Source: Patescibacteria group bacterium (GTDB taxonomy: Bacteria > Patescibacteriota > Patescibacteriia > Magasanikbacterales > JBBTQS01). Taken from it: a stretch of DNA of 64,000 bases. This document shows positions 47,977-58,458 of the stretch, one piece after another. The notes beneath the pieces are model-generated. The model saw only the letters and a list, made by a program, of their open reading frames with translations, was not told the origin of the DNA and searched no databases. The stretch covers positions 363,751 through 427,750 of the forward strand of contig JBBTQS010000001.1 in NCBI GenBank assembly GCA_038065555.1. Reading direction: 5' to 3'. Every line of letters begins with the position of its first letter. Position 1 is the stretch's first letter. The position numbers and the translations under genes were made by a program.

Positions 47977-48759
47977 TTAGATTCCATACAGAGCGAAGAA
48001 TAATGTTTCAAAAAGTAATTTGGGGTGAATATTGCGCGAGATATCGTGCCGCGCTCGGCTAATTGCCCTTGCCGCCTTCACGACTCGCATTGCATCTCCC
48101 CCGCTGCCCACGCGGCTGCGCAGTAACTCGCGCGTATACACATGCCACCAGTACAGGAGCTGCGCGAGCATGCGCCGCTGCACTGCGTGATCTGCTTTCT
48201 TGTCCTTCTCGCCGAACAACGGCTCGAGAAGTTGGCGAGCTTCATGCATCGGGCGCAATCGCACCGCGTCGAAGAGCTCGCGATGTTCGATGTACGCAGG
48301 ATGCGTTGCAACCGCCGTCGCATCAACATGCACGCGATACACGCTCACACGCGATGCAATCGTGGGAAGCACCGCATCCCATGCATCAGACATAAGCAAA
48401 AAATATGAATGTGCTGGCGGCTCCTCCAATACCTTGAGCAACGCATTAGCAGCACCCTGACTCATATGATGCGCATCTGTCACCACAATCCAACGAGGAT
48501 GCGCGGCGTCAGCAGTCGTCATCAAGAATTCTTTGCACGCGCGAATTTGTTCGATAGTAATATCCTTGCCCGATGGTGCAACGTGCATCTCGTATCCAAC
48601 CGAAGATGCGCCTCCATACACTGTTGTGAGAAATGTTCGGCTCAGTCCCGACAAATCCGCAGCACTACATCCCGCAAGCGCAATAGCATGCGGCAAAGCA
48701 CGCGTCTCCCAGAGGCGCGTCAGGAGCCCCACAATGTGATGGGACGCTGCATGATACAT
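47977..48759 (-). CDS. holB: DNA polymerase III delta-prime subunit (HolB)-like AAA+ protein
   Basis: Trimmed to the ATG at 48759 (MYHAASHHIVG...). HAIALAG, the Walker B region (IVVTDAHHMSQGAANALLKVLEEPP) and the SRC-like ASR motif (TIASRV) are present. Confidence 0.8.
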   Translation of the reverse strand: MYHAASHHIVGLLTRLWETRALPHAIALAGCSAADLSGLSRTFLTTVYGGASSVGYEMHVAPSGKDITIEQIRACKEFLMTTADAAHPRWIVVTDAHHMSQGAANALLKVLEEPPAHSYFLLMSDAWDAVLPTIASRVSVYRVHVDATAVATHPAYIEHRELFDAVRLRPMHEARQLLEPLFGEKDKKADHAVQRRMLAQLLYWWHVYTRELLRSRVGSGGDAMRVVKAARAISRARHDISRNIHPKLLFETLFFALYGI

Positions 48760-48767
48760 AGTCAAGG

Positions 48768-50003
48768 CTATTTTAGCACAGGTTCTGCTGTGGGAGAAGG
48801 CGTGACACGCAACACCGTCGTGCCAACCACACCCATGAAAATCGCCACTCCCACCGCACCAAACGCGCCATACCGAACAACCAGAGCTCCGGCAACAAGT
48901 GTCATGACAATATCGACGATATTCTTCACCATATTGAAGTTCGACAACACACTGGCGCGATGAAACGACGCGACAGTGCGATTGAGCTGCAAGATAAAAA
49001 GTGGTTCGCGCAGTGTCTGAGATAGCAGCGTAATGAAGGACAGCGCACCAAGCAACCACAGATTATCGGTGAAGAACATGAGCAACATACTCACAATCGG
49101 CACCCAGAACATATTGTTGGCCAATCGCACGAACCCAAACCGCGCTTCCCATCGATACGTAACTCGGCGCAAGAAATACGCCAATCCGTGGTACACGAGA
49201 TAAAAAAGTCCCAACGCAAACACCGTCCACCCCACATTACTCAAAATCGGCTGGTAGACGCGCCAAAAAATAAGCACACTCACAAATCCCAATCCTTTGT
49301 TCGCTGCAACACGCATCAACCACGGCTGCGTGCGCACAAACCGGATACTACTGAGAATAATATTTACTTCGCGTTCCTCCTCCGACTGATACCGATTCGG
49401 CTCCTCAATGAACCACAACAGCCCCAATCCAACGGCAGTAATCGCCGCATCGATCACCAACACCAACGTGAACTGCCAATCCAACATGTTCGTAGCCAAC
49501 AGCGCACCCAAAAAAGGAATAATCCCTTTGAGCACGTTGCGCGATGCGTAATACTGCGAATTATGCCGAACTGCGTCCTTCTCCTCCCCCAATTCCTTGA
49601 GCGTATCGTAGAGAAGCGCCTCATCAGCGCCTGACAAAAAGGCATACGCAATTGCAGCCAAAACCTGCGAAACAACAAACCACTCAAACTCATGCGCAAA
49701 CGCTTGCACAAGCGTCGCCACAATATAAAACCCAAATCCAACACCCAGACTGCGCACACGTCCCATGCGATCCGCCACATATCCCGTTGGAATTTCTGCG
49801 AGAAATCCTGCGACAGACCACACGACCGTGAGGATCATCACTTCTTGCAACGTAATCCCGCGTGCAAGATAAAACAGTGTCAAAATAGCATTGAGTGCCT
49901 TGGTCTCAAAGAGCGCACGCGCCCAAAACAACAACTTCATGTTGCGACGCAGTCGCTGTGTACGCAGCTCACCAGGAGCCGTCGCGTGGCGCCCCCACAT
50001 CAT
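48768..50003 (-). CDS. MFS transporter
   Basis: Twelve hydrophobic segments. GYVADRMGRVRS sits in the loop 2-3 position typical of MFS transporters. The start is uncertain (MKLLFW about 21 codons in). Confidence 0.75.
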   Translation of the reverse strand: MMWGRHATAPGELRTQRLRRNMKLLFWARALFETKALNAILTLFYLARGITLQEVMILTVVWSVAGFLAEIPTGYVADRMGRVRSLGVGFGFYIVATLVQAFAHEFEWFVVSQVLAAIAYAFLSGADEALLYDTLKELGEEKDAVRHNSQYYASRNVLKGIIPFLGALLATNMLDWQFTLVLVIDAAITAVGLGLLWFIEEPNRYQSEEEREVNIILSSIRFVRTQPWLMRVAANKGLGFVSVLIFWRVYQPILSNVGWTVFALGLFYLVYHGLAYFLRRVTYRWEARFGFVRLANNMFWVPIVSMLLMFFTDNLWLLGALSFITLLSQTLREPLFILQLNRTVASFHRASVLSNFNMVKNIVDIVMTLVAGALVVRYGAFGAVGVAIFMGVVGTTVLRVTPSPTAEPVLK

Positions 50004-51121
50004 AGAGATCCCATGAGCTCAGTAGCGATGCGCTGCGCAGTACGCTCCCAAGTATATTCCTTTACTTGCTCACTATCGCGCAGAGCGGCTTCGCGTACAT
50101 CTGCACTCGTACTCAACGCTTTCTCGAGCATCAACACCAAGTCCTCTGTCGTTCCATCAGTAATGAATGTTGCTTCGCCTGCGATTTCCTCTGTAGCGCT
50201 CCCTGCACGAACAATAACTGGTGTTGCACACGCACGAGCCTCAAGTACAGGAATTCCAAATCCCTCATACTTTGTCGCAAAGGAAAAAACACTCGCCCCA
50301 GCATACAACTGCGGCAAATCTGCCGCAGGGACAAATCCCAACGCTCGAATACGCGTTGCCATCGGCGACGCGTCAATAGCTGCGCGGACCGATTCATATC
50401 CATACCCAGGCTTGCCAGCGAGCACGAGCAAGTGCGGATCATCCTGATGCGTTCGCAAATACTGTTCAAATGCACGGATGAGTTGCGTTACGCCTTTTTT
50501 TTCTTCCAGCCGTCCCACGAAAAGAATGTAAGGTGATCCAATCGTGTATCGAGTGAGCGTGTCTGCAACAGCGCGCTGCTCAATTGCAGTATTGAACTGA
50601 TTGTGGTCGTACGCCTCAGGAATCACCACGATCTTCGCGCGAATCTGCGTGTATCCATTTTCAATATCACGACGCGTTGCCTCTGATGGCACAATAACCA
50701 CATCAGCATCACGCAACGCACACCGAGTCATGCGATTGGCATACCATCGCTCAAAAGACGAATAGCATTCTGGATTATGCAAGAATGCGACATCATGAAT
50801 GACAGTCACCGTGCGCTTGCCCCGCACCAGCGGTAACACATGCGCCGGAACAAAGAGCACGTCCGGCTTGTGCAACACCATTTCGAGAGTCAATCGAATA
50901 CTTGTCCACGCACGCATTCCAGGCATAGACAGCGGCCTCGCACTCCATGATGCAGGTAACGGTGTTGCGTCAGGTGCCTGCTCGTCCCCGCGCAGGTAGA
51001 GTCGTACTTCTACAGACTCCGGAATCGCAACCTTGAGCGCTTCAATAACAGAAAAAGCGAACTGCTCTACCCCGGTTCGCTGACTCGTAGTTGCGCGTGA
51101 TCCATCAATACCGATCACCAT
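50000..51121 (-). CDS. Glycosyltransferase family 4 (GT-B, RfaG-like)
   Basis: Trimmed to the ATG at 51121 (MVIGIDGSRA...). The C-terminal EX7E region (FSFATKYEGFGIPVLEARACATPVIV) is present. Confidence 0.85.
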   Translation of the reverse strand: MVIGIDGSRATTSQRTGVEQFAFSVIEALKVAIPESVEVRLYLRGDEQAPDATPLPASWSARPLSMPGMRAWTSIRLTLEMVLHKPDVLFVPAHVLPLVRGKRTVTVIHDVAFLHNPECYSSFERWYANRMTRCALRDADVVIVPSEATRRDIENGYTQIRAKIVVIPEAYDHNQFNTAIEQRAVADTLTRYTIGSPYILFVGRLEEKKGVTQLIRAFEQYLRTHQDDPHLLVLAGKPGYGYESVRAAIDASPMATRIRALGFVPAADLPQLYAGASVFSFATKYEGFGIPVLEARACATPVIVRAGSATEEIAGEATFITDGTTEDLVLMLEKALSTSADVREAALRDSEQVKEYTWERTAQRIATELMGSL

Positions 51122-51122
51122 A

Positions 51123-52130
51123 CTATCGAGTCGCAAGAATACTACGCTTGTAACTATCGAGGTTCTCCAGTGCAATACCTGTCCCCTTTGCCACACACAA
51201 CAGCGGCTCATCAGCCATGTACGTTGGAACACCTGTTGCCTGTGCGATGAGTTCATCGAGATTGCGCAGCTGACTCGTACCACCGGAGAGAATCATTCCT
51301 TTGTCCATGACATCCGCAGAAAGCTCTGGTGGCGTCTCATGCAGCACATCTTTGATCGCTTGAATCAACCCAGCGAGCTCATGCTGGATCGCATCTGTGA
51401 CATCATTACTCGTCACACTGATCGTTCGTGGCAATCCGCTGACCATATCGCGCCCACGAACATCCATCGCCAATTTCTTGTCCATGTACATCGCAGAACC
51501 AACCTGAATCTTGATGTCTTCTGCCGTGCGTTCGCCGATAGCAAGTCCATATTTGCGACGGGTGTGCTCGGCAATAGCTGCGTCGAGCTTGTTACCACCA
51601 ATACGAACGCTGCCGCTACTCACAATGCCGCCCAGCGATATCACGGCGATCTCGGCGGTTCCGCCGCCAATGTCGACAATCATATGTCCTGAGGCAGAGC
51701 CAATAGGCACGTCAGCGCCAATTGCTGCCACGATTGGTTCTTTGATGATATACGCAGCACGCGCGCCCGCAGCTATGGTTGCGTCGATCACGGCGCGGCG
51801 TTCGGTTGAAGTAATACCTCCAGGCACCGCAACCATCACTTCAGGGCGGAAGAGTCGCACGCCGCCAAGCGCCTTATTAATGAAATAGCGAAGCATCGCT
51901 TCGGTGGTACGATAGTTAGCAATCACACCGTCTTTGAGTGGTCGCTCAGCAATAATCGTGTCTGGTGTTCGACCAATCATGTCCTTTGCCTCTTTTCCTA
52001 CCGCGAGGACCATGCGATCTGCCTTCGAAATCGCAACAACAGACGGTTCATTGATAATAATGCCGCGTTTTGGGACGTAAACCAGCACGTTGGTGGTGCC
52101 CAGATCAATACCGACTTTTTTGGTGAACAT
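51123..52130 (-). CDS. mreB: Rod-shape determining protein MreB (actin homolog)
   Basis: [30 protein letters not shown] and the actin-fold motifs, 335 aa. Confidence 0.93.
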   Translation of the reverse strand: MFTKKVGIDLGTTNVLVYVPKRGIIINEPSVVAISKADRMVLAVGKEAKDMIGRTPDTIIAERPLKDGVIANYRTTEAMLRYFINKALGGVRLFRPEVMVAVPGGITSTERRAVIDATIAAGARAAYIIKEPIVAAIGADVPIGSASGHMIVDIGGGTAEIAVISLGGIVSSGSVRIGGNKLDAAIAEHTRRKYGLAIGERTAEDIKIQVGSAMYMDKKLAMDVRGRDMVSGLPRTISVTSNDVTDAIQHELAGLIQAIKDVLHETPPELSADVMDKGMILSGGTSQLRNLDELIAQATGVPTYMADEPLLCVAKGTGIALENLDSYKRSILATR

Positions 52131-52195
52131 AAAAAGGGAGAGCCTGTGTACAGGCTCTCGTATAGTAGCTTCGCAACACTCCCCGCGTCAATCAA

Positions 52196-53593
52196 TTACT
52201 TATTTCGCAGCTGAAAAGACGCATCGCTCGTCAGGATCGCATCAATAACTGCGTCTCCCATGAACTGGAGCTGCAATGGCATGGCTGGTGTGCCCGATTG
52301 CTTCTGCACATGTAATTCGTATGTACGATCTGCCAGGCGCTGACGCACCGCCGCCGGAAGTTGATATTCCAACTCAATCGTATGCGTTGCACCAGGCTCA
52401 ACCACAAAGAAAAATCCAACTACAGGGCGATTGTACTCACGCCCAACAAAGAAATCTCCTACTGCAGGATCCTTTTCGCGAATCATTGCACCTTCGCCCC
52501 GAAGAAATTCCGTTCCCGCAGGGAGGTACACTCGCGAGTACGATCGATACCGCGTTGTGCGCCAATCAAATGCTCCACGATTCTTGTACGTGATACGCAA
52601 TGTTGCTCGACCGTCAGGTGTAACCGAATATGCAACACTGCGCGCCATCACACGATCAGTCTTGAGACTCGCAAAGTTCGCGTCTACGAGAAGCCATCCA
52701 TCATCCCCCTCGCCCAGCTGCGCCACCTCGCCACCCCATTGCTGACTCAGAACCGTACGCTGCACACCAGCATCGGTTGCATAGAGCTGCACATCCTTGA
52801 TGTCGAGCCCTTCGAAGAAAATACGCGCCATCTTGGGCCACAGCACCGTGAAATTGTTTTTTACTCGATCGAACATGATTGCCATTACGTGCTGAACGAA
52901 TTCTTTGCGATTCTCGTACGAATCCCCACGCGCCGCATACCCATATTCCACTTCCCATTGGAGCTGCTCTACGAATGTATCCGGATCCAGTCGCACTCCA
53001 TCAGCCGTGATCGGCCCCAACACGCGCATGACACGCGCTACAAATTCCGCATTGATCGCAATCACACCATCAAATGGCTCTGTATCCCCTGACTCCTGCG
53101 CGTACCGCTCCATGAGCAGCTTCGCCGATGATGGGAAGTCCGGGAGCCAATTCGAATCTCGGAAAAAGAATTTGGGCTGTGCGAGATAATTGCGCAGTGG
53201 CGGTGGAGATTGTGGAATCTTCGATTGATCTGCGCGCGCATCGAGCTTCTCTGTACCTTCCACGAACCACGAAGTTACACTCGCATCATCCATCTCGATG
53301 ATGGCGTAATTACCCACGAACCCACCCGTCGGCCGCAGCTCAGTGTTGTTCTGGAAAAGCACCAAAAAACGTTTGGGACTGTCCATCCCAAGAAAATAAG
53401 GAAATACTTCTTTCGCAGTATCAACTACCGCTGGCCCATAGGCCTGCTGGAGTTCCTGCGTTACTTGCTGATATGAACGTAGCTGCGGTGCAACATATCG
53501 GTAGTACGCGCCAATCACACCGATCGAAAGTGCGAGTACAATCCAAATCACCACCCACAACCACACCCTCCTGCGGTGTGTCATACGCGACAA
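52196..53593 (-). CDS. DUF4012-family membrane-anchored protein
   Basis: N-terminal TM (VWLWVVIWIVLALSIGVIGAYY) and FQNNTELRPTGGFVGNYAI, which I recall as the DUF4012 signature. 465 aa. Confidence 0.6.
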   Translation of the reverse strand: MSRMTHRRRVWLWVVIWIVLALSIGVIGAYYRYVAPQLRSYQQVTQELQQAYGPAVVDTAKEVFPYFLGMDSPKRFLVLFQNNTELRPTGGFVGNYAIIEMDDASVTSWFVEGTEKLDARADQSKIPQSPPPLRNYLAQPKFFFRDSNWLPDFPSSAKLLMERYAQESGDTEPFDGVIAINAEFVARVMRVLGPITADGVRLDPDTFVEQLQWEVEYGYAARGDSYENRKEFVQHVMAIMFDRVKNNFTVLWPKMARIFFEGLDIKDVQLYATDAGVQRTVLSQQWGGEVAQLGEGDDGWLLVDANFASLKTDRVMARSVAYSVTPDGRATLRITYKNRGAFDWRTTRYRSYSRVYLPAGTEFLRGEGAMIREKDPAVGDFFVGREYNRPVVGFFFVVEPGATHTIELEYQLPAAVRQRLADRTYELHVQKQSGTPAMPLQLQFMGDAVIDAILTSDASFQLRNK

Positions 53594-53597
53594 AAAA

Positions 53598-55094
53598 CTA
53601 TGCTGTAATTATCTTACGCTTTTTTGCCGAAACATTGAAGCCGAGATAGCGTCCGAGCATCAATCGCGTCTGCGCATCAATCGCAGGCAGCGAGCTCATG
53701 AAAATGAGAGAGATCGGCAGCAACAGCCACTGCAACACCATGATCAGAAATGTATACGAACGCACCGAGCTCGGACGTGGCGGCAAGAGCAATAGACTGT
53801 ACGTCATCGAGAATACAAGTCCAAGCATTGCACCACCCATGAGCCACTCGAGAATATGCGGCGTATTCTGGAAGAGCACAGTCGAGCGCACTTCATCCCC
53901 TGCAACAAGCAATGGAAGACGACCAAATACGAGCAGAATAATCGCCGTCATACCCCACGAGAATTTGCCTTCAATCATGTTGAACATGTAGTACCACTTG
54001 CGCTTCCACGAAATACCAGGATGCTTGGGCAAATTCCAGAGCATGAACGGAATATGCTCGGTTCCCCACGCCCAACGACGCTGCTGCTTGTAGAGATTCT
54101 TGCACGAACGCCAGAATGTTTCGTCACGAACGGTATCCATGGACACTGGCAAGAAGATCGGATACGTACGGTAGTCTCCATCGTATTTGAGCACGCACTG
54201 CCAATAAATACGCGAGTCCTCGCTCACAATACGCTTCTCCCAGAATCCAACGTCCACCAGCGCTCGAAACGACATGCTGTGTGACGAGAATGTCACCATG
54301 CGATCCACACGAGGCAACTCGGTGAGCAACCAGAATGTGGTACCAAAAGCCATGATACGCAACACCGCCGGCGACTCCCACATGTTGTTGTTATAGAGTG
54401 CAAACGGCTGATACGATGCGCGCGTCGGATTCGGCACACTCAAATACGTATAGGACAACGCACTAAAATAGTGCGGATGGACAATCGTATCAATATCAAA
54501 AGCACTCACGATAACACGGTCGTAGTTATACCCAATCGCATCAATATATTCTTTGACCTTCTGCCCAGCGTAATGGATGTTACTCCCCTTTCCTGGAATT
54601 TCGTCTGGCAAATCCGACGGATGAATCGTGACGAGGAAGTCAAAGAATTTGTCGCCGTATTCTTCCTTGAGCGCATAGCAAAATGCCCCAAAGTGATCGA
54701 GCTTGCGCTCCTCTCCTGCGAGTACCACGAGCATTTGCTTCGCTGGCAATGACGATTTGAGGAGCCCTTCGAGCGTGGTACGCACGACTGCTTCATCCTC
54801 ATCGTACACTGGCAGAAAAATCGCATGGACATATTCGCGCCACTGCGGCTTCTCCTCCTGCAATTTCGCAAACCAATCTGTGCGTAGCGCTCGTCGATAT
54901 TCGCGCAGCGACAAGGTCAAGAAAAAAGAGAAGTACACCACTCGGTGTACCCAATAAATATCATAGACAATCACGAAATAGATCATCCACAACGGCGCAA
55001 AGAACGACAACAAAATACCGCCGACAATGGAGAACCAAATCAGCGCTCCAGGGAGAATTTCGTACAATCGGTATTTGGTGTAATCAGACAACAT
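53598..55094 (-). CDS. Processive family-2 glycosyltransferase (cellulose/chitin-synthase-like, QxxRW)
   Basis: Multi-TM protein with a D,D,D,QxxRW architecture (QQRRWAWG). 498 aa. Confidence 0.8.
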   Translation of the reverse strand: MLSDYTKYRLYEILPGALIWFSIVGGILLSFFAPLWMIYFVIVYDIYWVHRVVYFSFFLTLSLREYRRALRTDWFAKLQEEKPQWREYVHAIFLPVYDEDEAVVRTTLEGLLKSSLPAKQMLVVLAGEERKLDHFGAFCYALKEEYGDKFFDFLVTIHPSDLPDEIPGKGSNIHYAGQKVKEYIDAIGYNYDRVIVSAFDIDTIVHPHYFSALSYTYLSVPNPTRASYQPFALYNNNMWESPAVLRIMAFGTTFWLLTELPRVDRMVTFSSHSMSFRALVDVGFWEKRIVSEDSRIYWQCVLKYDGDYRTYPIFLPVSMDTVRDETFWRSCKNLYKQQRRWAWGTEHIPFMLWNLPKHPGISWKRKWYYMFNMIEGKFSWGMTAIILLVFGRLPLLVAGDEVRSTVLFQNTPHILEWLMGGAMLGLVFSMTYSLLLLPPRPSSVRSYTFLIMVLQWLLLPISLIFMSSLPAIDAQTRLMLGRYLGFNVSAKKRKIITA

Positions 55095-55497
55095 GCGATT
55101 TGGGTATGCGGATATTGGGTTCGGCGGAATATTCTGCTGTTACGCTTGCTGTTGCTGGCACACCAGCAAAAAGCGCTTCAGCCTGTGCCCATGAGAAGTC
55201 ATCACTCAATTGCGCAGGAGCAACGGCAACTGCAGGAACATTCCATCCCGCAGCCAGACCATTGGCCGCCGTGACACTGATACGCGTTGCCATGAATGAC
55301 CCTACGCCAGTCGCGACGATAGTACCACGAATACCTTTTGTGTCCAGTTGGTGCGACTGAATCGCGCGATCCACCACCGCAACCGCTTCTTGCGCTCGCA
55401 CGGGCTCACGAACCGCTGTTGTACCGTTTTGCGCTATCACAAGAACGCGAGTTTGCCCCTCCATTGAGCAATCCAATGCCAAGTACCATGTGTTCAT
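55084..55497 (-). CDS. tsaB: tRNA t6A biosynthesis protein TsaB (YeaZ), short form
   Basis: LALDCS...GVGSFMATRISVTAANGLA matches the TsaB N-terminal ASKHA core (GPGSFTGLRIG consensus). Only about 137 aa. Confidence 0.7.
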   Translation of the reverse strand: MNTWYLALDCSMEGQTRVLVIAQNGTTAVREPVRAQEAVAVVDRAIQSHQLDTKGIRGTIVATGVGSFMATRISVTAANGLAAGWNVPAVAVAPAQLSDDFSWAQAEALFAGVPATASVTAEYSAEPNIRIPKSHVV

Positions 55498-55503
55498 ACA
55501 AGA

Positions 55504-56100
55504 TTATTTGACGCCGCCGAGAATGAGAATGTGCGGTGCCTCAAAAAGTGAAAAAAGAAATCGATCTACCACCTGCTGCCGCTCATGATATTCCTGCGAA
55601 GTGAAGTGCGTATAGCGAATCGGTCCGCCGAGATCATCTTCGTATTTCTTGATCGCACGACCGAGCCGCTTGGGATCCATGTCACCCACACACAGCATAT
55701 CTGTAGGAGCCTCAGACTCACGGACAAACTGACCCGTGAGCAACAACACTTGCATCTCCGGAAATGTCTTGAGCAAATCGTCCGTGAACTGCCGCTGCCC
55801 CACAGACTCAGACTTCAACAGCAGCGCACGCAACTCGTCGTAATAGAGTGATCGTTCGCACAGGCGATACCACACGCGGCGATTCGCTCCCGCGTCCTCA
55901 AGTGAGGTGAGCGTAACGTTGGGCGTGACGATTTCGATGATGCCTGCATCAACAAGATGTGCGAGCTCGCGCCGCACGGCATTGATCTGACTCTTCACCT
56001 CGCGCGCCATTTCACGAACAAAGTACGCAGTCTCAGGATGCGTGAAAAAGAGGCGTAGGAGGCGTAATCGAGTCTTTGAACCAAAAAGGTGTTCAAGCAT
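55504..56100 (-). CDS. Winged-helix transcriptional regulator (ArsR/MarR-like HTH) with a C-terminal domain
   Basis: Trimmed to the ATG at 56100 (MLEHLFGSKTRLRLLRLFFTHPETAYFVREMAREVKSQINAVRRELAHLVDAGII). The upstream extension lacks support. Confidence 0.65.
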   Translation of the reverse strand: MLEHLFGSKTRLRLLRLFFTHPETAYFVREMAREVKSQINAVRRELAHLVDAGIIEIVTPNVTLTSLEDAGANRRVWYRLCERSLYYDELRALLLKSESVGQRQFTDDLLKTFPEMQVLLLTGQFVRESEAPTDMLCVGDMDPKRLGRAIKKYEDDLGGPIRYTHFTSQEYHERQQVVDRFLFSLFEAPHILILGGVK

Positions 56101-56103
56101 AAC

Positions 56104-56132
56104 TTCCTGTACAGACACGGATCTAGTATAAT
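56104..56132 (+). promoter_or_regulatory. Sigma70-like promoter for the 56159 gene in the divergent intergenic region
   Basis: TTCCTG-17 nt-TATAAT. The -10 is a perfect TATAAT at 56127-56132, about 27 nt before the ATG at 56159. Confidence 0.35.
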
Positions 56133-56158
56133 GGCTGCAAGTGTTAAACGTCAAAACC

Positions 56159-58453
56159 ATGCGTGCATTTCTGTCCCATATTGGAGTCCACGAGTTCTTC
56201 GTGGAAGGCAAAGACCCGGACGCTTCCCAAGTCATCGTACACATCACCGAACCAGCCAACGAATCCGAGTACCGCCGTGGATACATCTTCATGATTGCGC
56301 AAGCAGATCACGCGCCCATGAAGACAATCGAAACCATCAACGCCTGGGTACAAGAAGTCGAAACTGGATTCTACGAAGAGCCACTGCATCGTGACTCAGC
56401 CGCAGCCCACTTCGAGCATCTCCTCGAACGCGTGAATCGCAAGAGCGCGGCATTGTTGCGAGATCTCAAGAGCAGAGATGCTTCTTTGAGTCTCGTGATT
56501 GGTATGGTCAATGAACAAACCCTGGCGTTTGCTCTTCGCGGCGTACCTGTTGGATTTGTGGCGTACAAGGACAAGAAGACCAACGCCGTCAATACCATCG
56601 ACATTACTTCCGAGAATACCGAACCACACTCTGACACACAGTTGTTCGGTTCAATTATTAACGGCGCACTCCACGCCGGCGACTCCGTGTTCTTCGGCAC
56701 CCCCGAAATCGCCGAGCAACTCGAGCTCTCCGAGATCACTTCAGTACTCGAGCAAAAAACACCGATCAAAGGTGCAGCGCATTTCCAGAACGCACTCGAC
56801 CGTATTGCCGGCGCTGCGTCCTACGGTGGTGTATTCTTGGAACGCGTTCCAGAACACGCATCGATTGAGACTTCGGAGTACGAATCTCCAAGCAAAAAAT
56901 CTTCGAGCAAACGCGACTCCATCTCCTCTCTCATCGACTCGCAACAAGCAACTGAAGAAACGCTCGCGCCATCGCTCTTTGCCAACATGCGCAAACGGCT
57001 CGAAGCGCGACTGCAGAACTCCCGCGCAACAGATGAGGACGCAGAGGAAGATGATGAGCCATCAGCTTCCATCACCGCTGGTACACGCCATCGCGAACGC
57101 ATTGCCGCGATGCGCGAAGGCCGCAGCACGTCAGGTGGCGCATATCTCCACTCGATCGGCAGCGCAATTGCTCGTGGTGTGCGCGTCGCCTTTCCAACCA
57201 TCATTCGCTGGAGCCGCGCACTCATTGTATTTGTGATCATGGCAGTGGAGACGTTGTTCTTCGTGACCACAAATATGGGTGGCCGTCGCCGTGAATTCAT
57301 TGAATACTGGAAAAGAAATTCGAGCGAGCAATGGGAGCGCACGAGCAGCTGGTTCGGCTCACTCTCCTGGCCACACAAGATCGCGACTGTTGTTGTGGGA
57401 CTCAGTGCCATCGCCTTTGTGATCGGCATCGGCGTTGTACAATGGAACCGCTCGTCCGCAGCTGATGCGCAAGTATACGCTGACACGATTGTTCGCATCG
57501 AGTCACTCATCTCCTCAGCCGAATCATCCCTCATCTACAATGAGGAAACCCGCGCTCGCGTCACCATGACTGAGGCTCGTACAGCAATCGAATCACTCCC
57601 CAACAAATCTATCGACGAAGAGAACGCGCGCGTTCGCCTCTCGAGCAAACTCGCAGGTCTCGAGGAACGCATCCGCCGTGCCACACACGTGTCACCAACA
57701 GAACTCGTAGCTACAGCTGCGTCTGGCATCAACCCAACATCACTGCTTGTCACCAACAACTTACTCATCGTAGCTGATCCTGCGAAGAAATTGCTCGTTC
57801 TCGAACGCGGCTCCCAGAAGATTTCTACCGAGAATGATGTCCCTGCGCTCAATGACTTCATTGGACGCGCAACTCCAGAGGGTCTCACCTTCTTCATCAG
57901 CCGCGGCGAATCAATCCAGTGGAAGAATCAGGCAGACGATGCAAAAGTAGCAACTACAATCCCAGGTTCTGGCATGTTCGACGCAGCCATCTACAACGAT
58001 CGACTCTACTCGCTCGTTCCAAGTGACAAAATGATTTATCGCCATGGCCGCTACCAAGAGGGATTCGGCACTGGTACTGCATGGGCAAAAGGAAATCCTG
58101 ATTTGAGCAATGCCGTGAGTATGGCCATTGATGGCAATGTGTGGACACTCGACAAAACCGGCAAGATCCGCATGTTCGAGCGCGGTGAAGAAAAGCCAAT
58201 CACCCTGAGCCCTGTAGACCCTGCAGTAACCAACGCGACGCAACTCGTCACATTCCTCAACTCCAAGTGGCTCTACACACTCGAGCCAACGACAAAGCGT
58301 CTCATCGTCCACGAGAAAACAGGCGCGTACACGGTGCAATACATTCTGGACAACACCTCTGACATTCGCGCGATGGCGATTGATGAGGCGAAGAAGATGG
58401 CGTTTGTGCTTGATGGTGCTTCGGTGAAGCAGTTTCCGCTCACTCATTTCTAG
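56159..58453 (+). CDS. Large hypothetical membrane protein (~765 aa): cytoplasmic N-domain, 2 TM helices, extracytoplasmic C-domain
   Basis: ATG at 56159 preferred over the GTG at 56141. Approximate domains from my residue count of the translation: a cytoplasmic region of about 330 aa with an acidic linker, two TM helices (ALIVFVIMAVETLFFV, IATVVVGLSAIAFVIGIGVV), and a roughly 350-aa C-terminal domain with a beta-rich, propeller-like composition. Confidence 0.6.
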   Translation: MRAFLSHIGVHEFFVEGKDPDASQVIVHITEPANESEYRRGYIFMIAQADHAPMKTIETINAWVQEVETGFYEEPLHRDSAAAHFEHLLERVNRKSAALLRDLKSRDASLSLVIGMVNEQTLAFALRGVPVGFVAYKDKKTNAVNTIDITSENTEPHSDTQLFGSIINGALHAGDSVFFGTPEIAEQLELSEITSVLEQKTPIKGAAHFQNALDRIAGAASYGGVFLERVPEHASIETSEYESPSKKSSSKRDSISSLIDSQQATEETLAPSLFANMRKRLEARLQNSRATDEDAEEDDEPSASITAGTRHRERIAAMREGRSTSGGAYLHSIGSAIARGVRVAFPTIIRWSRALIVFVIMAVETLFFVTTNMGGRRREFIEYWKRNSSEQWERTSSWFGSLSWPHKIATVVVGLSAIAFVIGIGVVQWNRSSAADAQVYADTIVRIESLISSAESSLIYNEETRARVTMTEARTAIESLPNKSIDEENARVRLSSKLAGLEERIRRATHVSPTELVATAASGINPTSLLVTNNLLIVADPAKKLLVLERGSQKISTENDVPALNDFIGRATPEGLTFFISRGESIQWKNQADDAKVATTIPGSGMFDAAIYNDRLYSLVPSDKMIYRHGRYQEGFGTGTAWAKGNPDLSNAVSMAIDGNVWTLDKTGKIRMFERGEEKPITLSPVDPAVTNATQLVTFLNSKWLYTLEPTTKRLIVHEKTGAYTVQYILDNTSDIRAMAIDEAKKMAFVLDGASVKQFPLTHF

Positions 58454-58458
58454 GCGCG

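Noticed and set aside
56141-56158. GTG start at 56141 for the large membrane protein (MLNVKT...)
   Set aside because: The ATG at 56159 is correctly spaced after the TATAAT at 56127-56132 and gives a sensible N-terminus. The GTG would sit inside the promoter's -10 to +1 region.
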